A stretch of 63,379 nt of DNA, filler included, from Asterionella formosa (Eukaryota): NCBI GenBank assembly GCA_002256025.1. It is 11 parts of 11 records of this genome, joined end to end, with 100 filler letters (N's around TTAATTAATTAA, not from the genome) between each part and the next. Parts side by side here need not be neighbours in the genome. Positions count along the whole stretch, not along the records: positions 24,646 to 49,149 come from NKIB01002235.1; 10 more parts are not named here. One strand, 5' to 3'. This document shows positions 35,298 through 47,478 of the stretch, one piece after another (the stretch's first letter is position 1; each line of letters starts with the position of its first letter). The position numbers and the translations under genes were made by a program. The notes beneath the pieces were generated by a model, which had not been told where the DNA came from, searched no databases, and saw only the letters and a list, made by a program, of their open reading frames with translations.

Positions 35298-36036
35298 CCA
35301 GGAAAAAACTGCCATGACCCATTGAGAATATTTTTGAACTGCCGTGACCCATTGAACGCAGAATAACACATTTTGCAATCAAAACTGAAATAAAAATAGA
35401 TTTTGAGAGTTCTGGCTCCTTCCCGAGCATATAGGCTAGTCAGCCATGTACCAGTAATTAGTTTGAGATTTGGAGCAAGTTGTGCATCTCGATAGATTGC
35501 CTGAAATGGTCGATCGACCGAAAAACCATGAAGAACACGGATTAGGGTAAGTTCAGAAGTCACCGCATCATATGATATGATATACGATGATCAATATAAT
35601 GATTTGAACTCATTTGCGATAATATAGTATATCGTGTCTTGGTATTGGCTTCTACGGAGATGGCAAGTTATTTAGGCGCACGGCATCATCATGCAAATGC
35701 GTTATGTATGATTACGAGTATAACAGGTAGGGCGTACATACCAGGTTTTCATCGGACCTTTCTAATAACAGGCATGACGAGTGCTTTAACACATGACCTA
35801 ATCCGTCCTCGAAAAAGTACATACTAACGTGACCCATTGAAATCACTTTTTAGCTGTTTTATTATCATCCTATCTCTGATGAAATCGTTCAATCAGAATT
35901 CTAACACGACAGCTTGATTGATCAATGCTGGTCTGACACTATCGAACAAACGGATCCGCAATTCGGTAGAATTTACCATTAGTCGGAGGAGTCAAACAAA
36001 CACCTAACTCAATGGGTCATGGCAGTTTTTTACTGG
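35298..36036. mobile_element. MITE, 739 bp, 29-bp TIRs, TA target duplication
   Basis: CCAG(G/T)AAAAAACTGCCATGACCCATTGAG inverted at both ends (28/29) and flanked by TA. Subterminal GTGACCCATTGAA copies near 35344 and 35829. Confidence 0.85.
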
Positions 36037-36249
36037 TACCAGTAATGTTATAAACCGGTACATGGCGAAGGCTCTCAGTTTCGTTTGTCATGTTGTGGCT
36101 GAGAGCGACAACTTTACGAGAACAGGTGACTCGGGAAGAGCCAACAGTCCTCTAGAAGTTCACCGTTGGCATTCCTTCGTTCGAATCACATGGCTTGTGA
36201 AGCATGCATAATCCTAACTGTTTCGTCGTATCTGTCTAATCTACTCAGC

Positions 36250-37820
36250 AGCAACCATTTGTGTTCAACAATTGCGCGGACTCATTGCTATTAGGTCGAC
36301 CGCCTTTGCTTGTGCAGCTTGTGTTGCAGATGCTATTGGCCGCGTGAAGGCAGTGGATGATCCTAGTGCGTTTGCTTTGCATTACTCGGGTCTTTGCGAG
36401 GGTCCAACTCAGCAATTTGGTATCGAAGCCGGATCGTTCGAGTCTCTAGCTTCAAATCTCCCAATTTACGACCCAAATTTATGTTCTCTACGCTTCCAGT
36501 GTCTTGATTATTTGAGGGGATCAACTCTGAGACGTGATGGTACATTCAACCTCACAATATTTAATTTCGATCTAGACGACACTTCGACTGCAGGTGATGT
36601 AGAATTGATCACACAGCTTGCGATCCAATTGGCCTTGCCTTTTTCTGCAACTGACGAGGCGAGGGTGAATCATGCTGCTACCCTGATCTCTGGGAGGAAT
36701 GGAGCGATTGTTGAAGTTCTTCCTGACTTTGATTACTACTTCCGTGATATCATTTTCCATTTCAAGCACTCTGTGTCAGGCAAGTCACAGGCTGCTGAAC
36801 CGAAAGACAACAAGCCACAAGTCTGGTTCCCTTCCGATGCTATTCTTCGATGGGATTGTCAAGAGGAAGGAAAAAGAAGATCCTAAACTGATCTACAGCG
36901 TTATGGCATACCAGGGTTTTCCTCCAGAGTTTGTGGACAAATCTGCCGCAGTCCAAACCGGTCCTGGTGCCTTCCAAGGTTTCCTGTCGTTGTTCGGAAA
37001 ATCGAAGACAGAGCGGCAGCGATTATCGTCTGCAGACCCGACTACAGTTGTCAATTCCTGTGGCGAAAATTTCCAAAAATCAAGAGCCAAGCCTATTCCG
37101 GTTGAAAACGAGGATGATGTCCTTTGTTTGACAAAAGAGGAATTGCCTTCATTTGGAAACGTGATGTCACCATCAGATGCTGAGCGATTCATTCAGTTCT
37201 TAACTGTCCCTTACATACGAATTCCTCTCATTTTAGACTTCTTCGCAAATGGTGACCCTGGACGGCTTTCTGGCTTGAAAACTAAGTCTTTGCAGCTTAT
37301 CGTTGATGCATGCCTGTTTGAGTCAGGAAATTGGCGACCCGCTGATTTCACGGACATCATAACAGAAATTCCAGTAGTGGATCGAGAGAAGCTGAAGGCT
37401 CTTCTGGCGATCCCTCATGGCACTCTCTTCAATGAGATCGCCAAGTCTCCTGACGTTTTAACATCGTGTGTAATCAAAATGTTCGAAAGGGCGCTTGACA
37501 TGGACGTTGGGAAGTACACAAAGGTGTCATCGTCTGGTCCATTGATTATGTATACGATTCAGTTGGCTGTTCGCGTTGAAGGATATATGAAATACGCATT
37601 AAGCAAGTGCATACTTTGAAAGAAGTTGTTGTCTGGCAGCATCCGTCTGTCATCAATATATACAATGTAAAGGAATACGGGAGAAGGCATTTGAGAGTGC
37701 TGGAGTACACATCTAGCATGTCTTCGTGTCTTCACGAAGGCACAGGAGAACCTTATCCAGACAGAGTTGGAGGCATTTTGTCTCTTTCTACAGGGATTCC
37801 GATGACAACGCTTCATCCGA
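36250..37820 (+). pseudogene. Internal fragment of a very large conserved protist protein, frameshifted and probably internally deleted
   Basis: Protein-like frames 36272-36886, ~36880-37615 (FLTVPYIRIPLILDFF..LQLIVDACLFESG) and 37613-37820. No proper start; two frame breaks. The family (giant DUF3638-type protein) is from memory only. Confidence 0.55.
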
Positions 37821-39286
37821 TGCTTCGCTTGTCATACATGATTGTATAAGTAACAGGACAATACTAGGTATTAAATTATCTGGGTGCGGCTAGAGCTAGA
37901 TATTCTTTATCGGGGTGAGTAGAATCTATTGAAAAATACATCAACTACCTACCAATATAATAAAATATTTTGATAATATTATATATTGACTACAAACAAA
38001 GAGGTATTCAATTCCATAGTAGTAGTACTAATAATTGTTACCACTATTTGGGGTTTCGGGAGGCACTCATGATTATCATGTACTCTACTACCGGTATATA
38101 GTAGCAACAATTGTGTACATGATAAACTATTGCATTATTATGCATTTCAGACACTTTTATTATAAAAGTGTAATGGACTAGGTAGTACCTAATGTAGTTA
38201 AAGGATTCACCTAGCCAACCAGAGGGTTAACTGTAGAGGTGCTTCTTGCTGAAGGTAATTCCACCAGCTCCAGCTATGGTCTTGCCATTCCGGTACTTTT
38301 TAAGTAATTTCTTAAGTAATTTTTATCAAGGGGCAAAATGGAGGAAATCAAATTTTTCGGCATTAAATTTTCAGATTTTGGCACAACAGCCAGAATAATG
38401 GTAATATGCATAGAAATGGTAAAACAAGCCTCAAACACACAAGAATGATTGTAAAGCAAGATTCACCTTTGCTGCTTAATTTTAAACAAGGTGTAAGTTT
38501 CCTGCTTAAGTTTAAGCAAGACGATGTCAGCTTCCTGATCAAGTTAAAAGTTTCCTCTGGGGGAAGGCGGGAGTGCGTGCATGTTACCCCGCGGGCCATC
38601 CCAAAGGACGTTAACATAGAACGTGTTTAGTTTTTGCGGCGAATTTTGAAATGTGTATCGAAAATTCACTTCAATGTGTACAAACACGTTTTCCTTATGT
38701 CCCAGCCAGGTAATATGGTCATACAAAGTGTAGCAGAGTTTGCCGGTAAAATATACATCCAGAATTTTTTGGAATCCTGATACGGTACAAGAAAATTCTA
38801 TTTTTTCATTCTCAACATCACGCTTGTTGCACTGGCTTTCCCTTGCTCGTGAGTTCCTTTGTCGCATGGGTCGTCCTATTGCTGGAAAAAACAATACTAG
38901 TTTGCTGTTATATCTATATAATAGTTAGTATCACCACTACCGGTCTTTCAAGAAATGATCCTAACTATTACCAATTGGGAATTTCCTTAGGTTTCCTGAG
39001 ATTCATAGGAATTTCCTGAAAGTCATAGTCATTTGCTTTGTATTCTCGTTTTTGCAATCAGAAGAATTCCGCTATTAATTTCGCTGAATCGTGCTATGAA
39101 TAGCAGATTTCCTTTAGCACTATGTATGATAAAGTATGTTGCTGTCTGGTAACACGTTGTCCATTTCAGGAAAATCACTTCAGCATGCAGGGAAAGCAAC
39201 CTGATGCGGTCATTTTATTTAAAGAAACCTTAATGTAGGATCTATATTGATGTGCAGGATCGCTTACCAGGTACCTGATACCGATG

Positions 39287-42200
39287 CCAGTAAAAAGCTG
39301 CTGTGACCCACTAAAAATTGGAACCACTGTGACCCACTTCACAGGGGGGGAACACGGTTTGACCCGACCAAATGCCAATATGTTAATTTTAAAACTTCGA
39401 CCCAAATCGATGGAGATATAAGTTTATAGCAATTTGTCTCTCCTAAGATATTGGTTGAAAAGTGCAATCAATGAAAATATTTCCAGAGCATGATGGATTA
39501 CCCCATGTTTTAAGGATTCATTGTTTTGTTATATGCGCAACTATATGCAAAAATTATCGCATGCGATTTATTTAGCGGATGATCTCTTGTCATAAACCTA
39601 TCCCTGTCCCCTGATATTGCTTAAGTAACTTGAGTATGCATAATCGGGCGTGCCAAGGTCGACCCGCATACCATCAGCCCCCATACAACAATGCAAAGAA
39701 AGTGTGTACCAGTTTAAGATGGCTTTGAGCAATTTGAATGGCTTTGAGTCACTTAATGAAGTAATATTAACTCTGTACATATAGATTTTTTCTAATTTTC
39801 CAGTTGTTCCTGACCTTGCGCCAGATACAACATATCTTGCTGTCGATTAGGTCACATATTATAGATAATCAGATAAATGTGTCAGAAAGTAGCAATCGGC
39901 CAAAAAGGGGCAAAAAACCATTGAGCCGGCATCTCCCGGAAATGCAAATATTCATTTGTGAAGAAAACTTAATATCTAATATTTATTTAGTTGCGTTTAA
40001 CCGCCACGGGAAATGTACTATCGCAATAAATGAATCAATTAGTCACTCGAAGTAAATGAATGCAATATTTCTTGAAGGCCAAAAAAATCGCGCCATTTTT
40101 TGATGTGAGACCGTAATTCACATCAGAAATTGCTTCTGATGCACCACAAAATGAAGCAAATCGCGATCATCTTATNNNNNNNNNNNNNNNNNNNNNNNNN
40201 NNNNNNNNNNNNNNNNNNNNNNNNNNNNNNNNNNNNNNNNNNNNNNNNNNNNNNNNNNNNNNNNNNNNNNNNNNNNNNNNNNNNNNNNNNNNNNNNNNNN
40301 NNNNNNNNNNNNNNNNNNNNNNNNNNNNNNNNNNNNNNNNNNNNNNNNNNNNNNNNNNNNNNNNNNNNNNNNNNNNNNNNNNNNNNNNNNNNNNNNNNNN
40401 NNNNNNNNNNNNNNNNNNNNNNNNNNNNNNNNNNNNNNNNNNNNNNNNNNNNNNNNNNNNNNNNNNNNNNNNNNNNNNNNNNNNNNNNNNNNNNNNNNNN
40501 NNNNNNNNNNNNNNNNNNNNNNNNNNNNNNNNNNNNNNNNNNNNNNNNNNNNNNNNNNNNNNNNNNNNNNCTTAATTGGAGACGAAAACAATGTTGCCAG
40601 AAATACTGGAAGGGGAAGAAGATATCCAAGGGGACCAACCTGCGACTTCAATGGCCACCATGTACCTACTACCTTTTGCTGCTGCTACGAAAGTGGAAGT
40701 ATCACTGCGGAGCTGCTTGTGCAAATGCTAAAGACTGTTGACAAAATTGGAGTTTTTGACCGAACTGACGGATTCCCTCCCTTCCTTATCCTTGATGGCC
40801 ATGGTCGCAGAATCGTCCTACTGTTCCTGTAATACATCAAGACAGCTGCAACAAAATGGAACGTCTGCATTGGGGTCGTGCCATATGGCACATCATACTG
40901 GTCAAGAACAAAATGGGTCGTTTAAAATGGCTCTCACAAAATGCAAGAGAGACTTACTCGCCCACAAGCAAGGAAAGGCGCCATGCTGTATTTGCTGTTG
41001 AAAAGGAAGATATGACATTGTTGACCTGGTGTTGAAAGCATGGGATGAATCCTTTGCCCAGATCGCTACAAACCAAAAAGCTGTTGCTGAACGAAGTTGG
41101 GGTCCATTGAACTACAACTCTTGCTCCATCCGTAAATTCAACTGACAAATACAACCTCAAATCTGCAAACAGACGAGCGAAAGAAACAATAATCAACCCG
41201 CCTCTTCCAAACCCCCATCCGGACTAAACTTGAGCCAAGGCATCACTGGAACCCTTGTTGACCAGCTCGTAGTACAGTATCGCAATCGTGAGGACGCTAG
41301 AAACGGAATAAATCTGGATGAACTTGCCCGCCAACGAAAAGAAGCAGCACTAGCTAAGCAAGGGCGATTGCAAGCAGCCAGTCTTCATGTCACTGCAGGC
41401 AGGTACTTGTTGGGTCCTGAAGTGGTCGATGTCCAGCTAAAAAGGAATAGGTATGCAGAAGAATTGCAGAGTGAGCGAGATAATAAGAAAATAGATGCTC
41501 ACATGGCGCTTGCAAACAAGGTTTATGCAATCAGATCGCTTAACAAACAGTCAGCTGAGTGGACAGTAGCACAAACGAAAACAATGGCAACGTGGTACAA
41601 GTGAGCAGGCGATCTTCCATTACCAACAACAAAACAACTACTACTTACCAGATTCCATGACACCATGATGCGTGGCAAAGCTGCAGTACCAGTTGCAACT
41701 GCTGTAATGGTGCCACTTCCTCCTCAGCACCCTTTGGATGCTCCAATTACACAACAAGAAGATATGATGGGAGGACCACAAGTCTAAGAATGATGCTACA
41801 ACTACTGCGAAAAAATACCCAAGAACACCATCAGTCTAAAAACGATGCAACAACTGTAAAAAACATGCAAACGATATTATATTTTCTAACCGTTGCCTAT
41901 AAAAATAGCTACATATATGGTAAAATTTTAATTTATGGCTTTGAGCCACTTTGACCGTTTTTGTCACTTTTAAAATGGATAGATCTCAGTTAAAAGATGT
42001 TCAAGTAAAGAAATGATCTAATTCTCATGTAGTTTAATGAACTAACTAATATCATGCCAAAGGCTGCCCTACGGTTGTCAGGATTCAACAAGTAGTTTCT
42101 GGGTAATTATGAGCTTAATGATTAGTGTATCTATATTAGCTCCTAGTCCAAGGGGACTCACAAGGGTCTTGATTAGAAGGGCATGTACTAGGTGTCAAGA

Positions 42201-43083
42201 GTCCATGCTAGGTGTCATGTTTTAGCCTAAGAATAGCATTGGTACGTCTATTCTAGAGATACAGCTGTACCAATAGTTATCACGTAACAAATAGCTGCGG
42301 GTACGTCATGCAATATGTACTACGAGCGACATACTAGTAACCGTGTGTATAGCATCACGTACTAATCATGGTCACTCACGTGTACAGGTATGTGTACTAC
42401 GTATGGGTTCCATGGTAGTCGTGTGCGTAATGTATAAGGGTACACCTTTCACTTATGGTTGACGTGGTACCAGTACCACCTAAAAACTGAGAGTCATATA
42501 AAGTTTACCCCATGTTTTGACTCAAACTATTTTAGACAAATTTCATGGTGACAACAAATCAAGTACGTACCGGTAGCTAAATGTAGAACAGGCTCTCCGC
42601 TTTCAATAGGTCTGTTTAATTAGTAATGAAGCTTCATAATTCAAGAGATATGAAGTTTTTAAAGTTGATGATTATGGTCGTTTTTTGTATGACTATCAAT
42701 ACATATTTTTTACTCCGTACCTGAAGAAAATTTTATATTCAAATTCTGGTTTCGATTAATAATTTTGCGAAAACCAAACGGTGTACCAGGTACCGGTAAT
42801 CCGTGATCGTAATGGTATATAAAATTTTATCCAATTATATATAAAAATTTAAGTACGGCTGTGACCCATTACCGGCAAATTTTGTCGAGCTAAAAAGGGT
42901 TCGTATCTCAGTACCTCGACCTTCAATGAGAATATTGAGAGATCCACAACCTGCTGACTCCTTTTTTCTTTTCCCTTTGGTTAACAAGACCTGGAAGTTT
43001 GATTCTCTCAAGGCATGGAATAGGTTTAGTCGAACTAATCAAACGAAGAGAGTAAACAGTGGGTCAAAGCAGTTTTTCACTGG
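39287..43083 (+). mobile_element. ~3.8-kb pogo-like DNA transposon relic with TIRs and a DDE_1 transposase remnant (40571-41790)
   Basis: Left CCAGTAAAAAGCTGCTGTGACCCACT and right AGTGGGTCAAAGCAGTTTTTCACTGG+TA. GSITAELL..ML..VD, PFLILDGHG, W.VCIGV.PYGT and GSFKMAL motifs are interrupted by stops and frameshifts. Confidence 0.7.
40176..40570. other. Scaffold gap (395 N)
   Basis: N run without the linker motif. Confidence 0.95.
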
Positions 43084-43203
43084 TACCAGTACCAGGTACT
43101 GGTAGTATGATCGCTCCTCATGACAAGCTTGTCTCAAACACACTCACAGGTTTGCATTGTCTCTTATCGACACTTTTAAGTTCTCCCTGAACTGACGACA
43201 GTA

Positions 43204-43902
43204 ATGATGAACGAAAATGAATCAATGGAAGAAGCCAGCAAACCTGGTGAACACCTCCTTCCTGTTGATGTATGGGCAATCATTGTTCAATTCCTACCAT
43301 ATAGCGATGTCATGCAAGTCGCAGCGACAAACAGATTCCTTCTCAAAGAAGTTCTTCCTCTGGTTCGAACCCTCTACGTATTGACTCCCAACCAACTTAC
43401 GACACCCCAGGCGCAGCGGTTCACGAATGGCAGTGTCATCAGTGTCTATCTCGGCATCATTGATCGTATCAGCGGATCCGCAAACGCTGACGACCAGATC
43501 ACGCACTGCATGGCCTTTCTAGGTCTCTTTCCCAAGCTACAAGAAGTACATTATGGTCAAATGTGCTACCGTCATAATACTGGCGATAGGGATATCTTTG
43601 TTACTTGGCGAGGGAAAAGAAATCTCACATACAATCAGAATCCCTACCTCAGAACAATTAATGTGTGCCCCATGCGGGAAAGTTCTGATCGAAGGGTTGC
43701 GAAGACAGCGGAAATTCATCATGCCTTGTTGAATGCCGTCGAGTCTGCGATCCAGCAAGGGCGCCTTCCGACAACCCTTAAGTTTTATGGCCTTGTTCCA
43801 ATCGACAACGAGCCCCTATGCCAGATTTGTCGTAGAATGAGAGCAACGATGTTTCCAGGCAACACAAAGCAAAGAAAACATACTCAGAGAGGAAACGAAT
43901 AA
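43204..43902 (+). CDS. F-box domain protein (232 aa)
   Basis: LLPVDVWAIIVQFLPYSDVMQVAATNRFL fits the F-box consensus. Confidence 0.75.
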   Translation: MMNENESMEEASKPGEHLLPVDVWAIIVQFLPYSDVMQVAATNRFLLKEVLPLVRTLYVLTPNQLTTPQAQRFTNGSVISVYLGIIDRISGSANADDQITHCMAFLGLFPKLQEVHYGQMCYRHNTGDRDIFVTWRGKRNLTYNQNPYLRTINVCPMRESSDRRVAKTAEIHHALLNAVESAIQQGRLPTTLKFYGLVPIDNEPLCQICRRMRATMFPGNTKQRKHTQRGNE

Positions 43903-45082
43903 TACATCTAAACCCATATACATAATTATTAAATTTGGAAATATATATAACTTGATTTCGATTGCTTTCCATTGTGCAATCAATAGCAATGACATGAGAA
44001 TGCTAAATGACAGCAAGAGCAACCGGTGAACAGCGCAATTTTTTCCTTGAGTCATGTCAGAGATCCTTAATGATGGACGTCTGAGTTTAATTCTGCAACC
44101 AGTCGAAAACTGGAGGCGAAGATGATCTGTAGTGCTTGTTTCTGGACGATCAATTTGGCGTTTATGACGATGTCTGTCTGCGAATCATCTTATTTGTGCG
44201 TAATTAGGAGCAGTCAATATAGTATAAGCCTGACGTATAAGAGATAGAATTGAATGATAGTGATTTCCCCGAATCACTTCTTTATATTTGTATAATTAAT
44301 TATCCCATAATTATAAATGTGTATAATTATGTATTCTGTCTATTATAGTAAAGGATAAATGGATCACGATATAAACAACTGCATTGCAAATCAAGACAAA
44401 CCCAATCATTGCAGGACACAGAGAAAAACGTTTACCAAATGTTTAATTCTACTAATGTGTGCTATATAATTAATTTCATACCCTGTTGGTTTTACTGTTG
44501 TCTGGTTCCTGGTACCAGCCAGGTAGCTGTTGGCTGCCCGATATAAATCCATGCATGGATTGTTCAACATACATACCGTTATGTATTGGTCATACATATT
44601 TCCACCACACTGTGCCTGTTCACTATTGAATGACTTTGCTTACCTGGGGCACGTTGTAATATTTCTCTGCCATATTACATCGTAATAAACGTAGTCCTAG
44701 TCTACTTAATAATGATGTATTCAACTACCGGTATTATGTATGTATGCATGTGTATAAATGGACCGACAACTGGAACAAAAATATCAAACTCCCATACCGG
44801 TATATGAATACTCTTTTACTCTACTTATTGATGCACGAATCAGCGACGGCCGTTGCCCGTGATCGCGATGTCGTTTGACCTGGTCCTTGGGCCTAGTGGG
44901 TTCCCCTCTAGATTGGCAAAAGTTTGAAATTCCCCTTGTAATCCTGTAGAGTGTTGAAATTTCTCCAGAATTAGGAATGTTCAAGTGCTATTTCTGACAG
45001 GCATTAATTTTACTATTGGCGCGTAGGCATATCCAGGACTAGAAATTCCTTCACAAGACTCTACCGGTATTCCAATGAGGAC

Positions 45083-47308
45083 ATGTCGGAAGGTAGTAGT
45101 GATCCTGATTCCAATTTTTTGGAGACGTTCGAATGGCCGATTTTGTCATGGCGATTGCTCAACATTGGCAGGCATTTTAGGCGCGTAAAATACATAGGAA
45201 AACTTCAAATTGCATCTCAGTATCTAACTTCTGGCCAGAAAGTGAATCACAGGGTCAGTTTTCACGTGATTACCATTCGCACACTTACTTCAGTCTTCAA
45301 ATCTCACGACCGGATCATACATTCCAATGGAACGACAATCCTTTCAACTCGATCGATCCCGCGAAGACAAATCATGGTTCATGTTAGCCGACTCCTCCTT
45401 TTGCCTGTAGCGCAAGTGTCTATGAGCAAGCTCACCAAGCTCCAGCAACAACATCAGAACATAATGCCTCAGCCACCACGGCAATCTTCCGTTTTCCGCA
45501 TCGGAGATAGAGTGGTTCTTGTCTCTGACGAGAGCAATCGAAACGGACGCATCGCCGCCATTCGAAACGATGAATGCCTCATTGTGCTGGATCTTGTTGA
45601 TGTTTGCCCCTCTCGCTGGGTCAAGACTACCGCGATACAATCTGAACCACAGCTGTCGTTACATGTAATTCAGCAACGAGCCGCGTGCTGCTGTCTGGAT
45701 AACAACAATTCCGCGCTGGAACCGAATCACGCCAGCGCCATATCCTTCATTCTCGATGCCATACGATGTCTAGCATGCGTCGATTGTGGAGCGGATGATA
45801 GCGTCAAGGATATAGAGGGTATTGAGCGACTACGAACACAGCCGCAAGCGGGTACGAAGCTTCACTCCATCACCTCCTTTGGGTGGTCGCACTGGTCGGA
45901 TGCTACTTCCAATAAATTCAGCTTTAGTACCTCCCGGTCCGTCTTTTCTAGCTTAAATCGGTATGTTTACAATGATTTTCCACGCTTGAACGACGGACAA
46001 TTGCCGGACTTTTATCCTGTCGTTCTTCGGGCCATGCAGGACCCTGCTGCCACGGCTGGTTGGTCAACTCGTATCACTGCCACCTTTTGGGTCATGGGCA
46101 AGGCATCGGATGGGACTGGTATATATCTTATTCCAGATGCCAATCATTTCACTGTATACAAAGTAATGCATGCACATGGTGTGGCTGAATTGGCAGAAGC
46201 ACACGATCGACCAATTTTGCTCAAGTTGACTCTCTTGAGCTGGTTTGGACGATTGATTACAGATGGGATTGTCAGTGGGACCAGCCGCCCTGGTCCTCCC
46301 GTCAGAATACAAGTGGCAGATGCAAAGTTGGCTGCAAAGCTCTTTGCAACAGTGCGCAACTCCCTGGAGCATGTCTGGTATGTGGATAGGTTGAGAGGGT
46401 TGGAATTGGAAGAACAGAGCGTACCATACCATAAGTATTGGAATCCACCATCGCGACCATCTCTCAATATAGTGTCTCCCAACACCGCGATACTGAAGCC
46501 TTTCAAGCCCATCACCACGACTAACAATATCAAGCTTGAATGCTTTTTCCATACCGATTCTTTATACACACAGAGTCTGCTTTTCAAGGTGGGTTCATCC
46601 TCGCAATCTCTGCCAATGATGCTTACATCAAACCGACGCGACCTATTGAAAGTGCCTCAGGCATATCAGTTTTACAATCGTCCTCCAAAATCTCTGCTCA
46701 CCTTTAGTAACAAGGGATCATCAAGGGCACTATCGTCTCGCAGCTCGCACTCGGGAGCTTGGCTTTCGAACATCGCTGACGATAATGCTACTAGCACAAG
46801 AAGTGTGGTATCAAATGAAGAAAACAAGTGCAAGACGGTAGCAACAGCAAACACCAAGAATAACGAAAAACCAGTGAGACAGCTGCAACAGCATCCTCCA
46901 ACCAAGAGGGAAGCTCATTTGGTGCAAATCCTTTCAGAACTTGACCCATTTCCCGTTGATGGGTTTTGGGTCATCCTTCGAGATGGAGATGTTCCAGTTT
47001 TACTCGGTGCGCAAGTAGGCCAAAGACATCTTCCTTCTCTGCAGTCCAAGAAGAAACCAACAGCGGCACAAGTACTCAAGGCTGTCTATTCTGCAACAGA
47101 CGTATGGAGGCCTCGTTTGATATTTGTAGATACCAAAGAAACCAAAGAACGTCTTGCGTGGTTGGTAAAAGATGTCCAACAATTGGACATTCATTATGTC
47201 TCGACTTCTGTTTTGAAAAAGGACACTGTCAGGGGGATACAAGGTATTGCGAAGCGTGTGATTCAGCAGTGTCGACGTGCAACTGCAACTGATTTGGAGT
47301 GGATTTGA
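45083..47308 (+). CDS. Hypothetical protein; true start probably ATG 45374 or 45422
   Basis: 741-codon open frame. FRIGDRVVL..GRIAAI looks SH3/KOW-like; no family recognised. Confidence 0.65.
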   Translation: MSEGSSDPDSNFLETFEWPILSWRLLNIGRHFRRVKYIGKLQIASQYLTSGQKVNHRVSFHVITIRTLTSVFKSHDRIIHSNGTTILSTRSIPRRQIMVHVSRLLLLPVAQVSMSKLTKLQQQHQNIMPQPPRQSSVFRIGDRVVLVSDESNRNGRIAAIRNDECLIVLDLVDVCPSRWVKTTAIQSEPQLSLHVIQQRAACCCLDNNNSALEPNHASAISFILDAIRCLACVDCGADDSVKDIEGIERLRTQPQAGTKLHSITSFGWSHWSDATSNKFSFSTSRSVFSSLNRYVYNDFPRLNDGQLPDFYPVVLRAMQDPAATAGWSTRITATFWVMGKASDGTGIYLIPDANHFTVYKVMHAHGVAELAEAHDRPILLKLTLLSWFGRLITDGIVSGTSRPGPPVRIQVADAKLAAKLFATVRNSLEHVWYVDRLRGLELEEQSVPYHKYWNPPSRPSLNIVSPNTAILKPFKPITTTNNIKLECFFHTDSLYTQSLLFKVGSSSQSLPMMLTSNRRDLLKVPQAYQFYNRPPKSLLTFSNKGSSRALSSRSSHSGAWLSNIADDNATSTRSVVSNEENKCKTVATANTKNNEKPVRQLQQHPPTKREAHLVQILSELDPFPVDGFWVILRDGDVPVLLGAQVGQRHLPSLQSKKKPTAAQVLKAVYSATDVWRPRLIFVDTKETKERLAWLVKDVQQLDIHYVSTSVLKKDTVRGIQGIAKRVIQQCRRATATDLEWI

Positions 47309-47478
47309 ACGTGGTTGGACCATGTCGTTCAGGAAATGGTGTTGCGTGCAAGGGACACGAGTAGGGATAAATGAAGAAACATGTGAGACTATACTTTCTA
47401 TAAATCATAGAACATGTTTAAATCATTATAAAATCCGAATTTGTACTGGTACACAAAATTTTCCCTTCCCTAGATAAA

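Noticed and set aside
38190..38880. Ulp1-like protease relic
   Set aside because: Only a short LxPxGWL resemblance in broken frames; no catalytic residues seen.
40123..40741. ORFs running through N tracts
   Set aside because: Artefacts of translating gaps.
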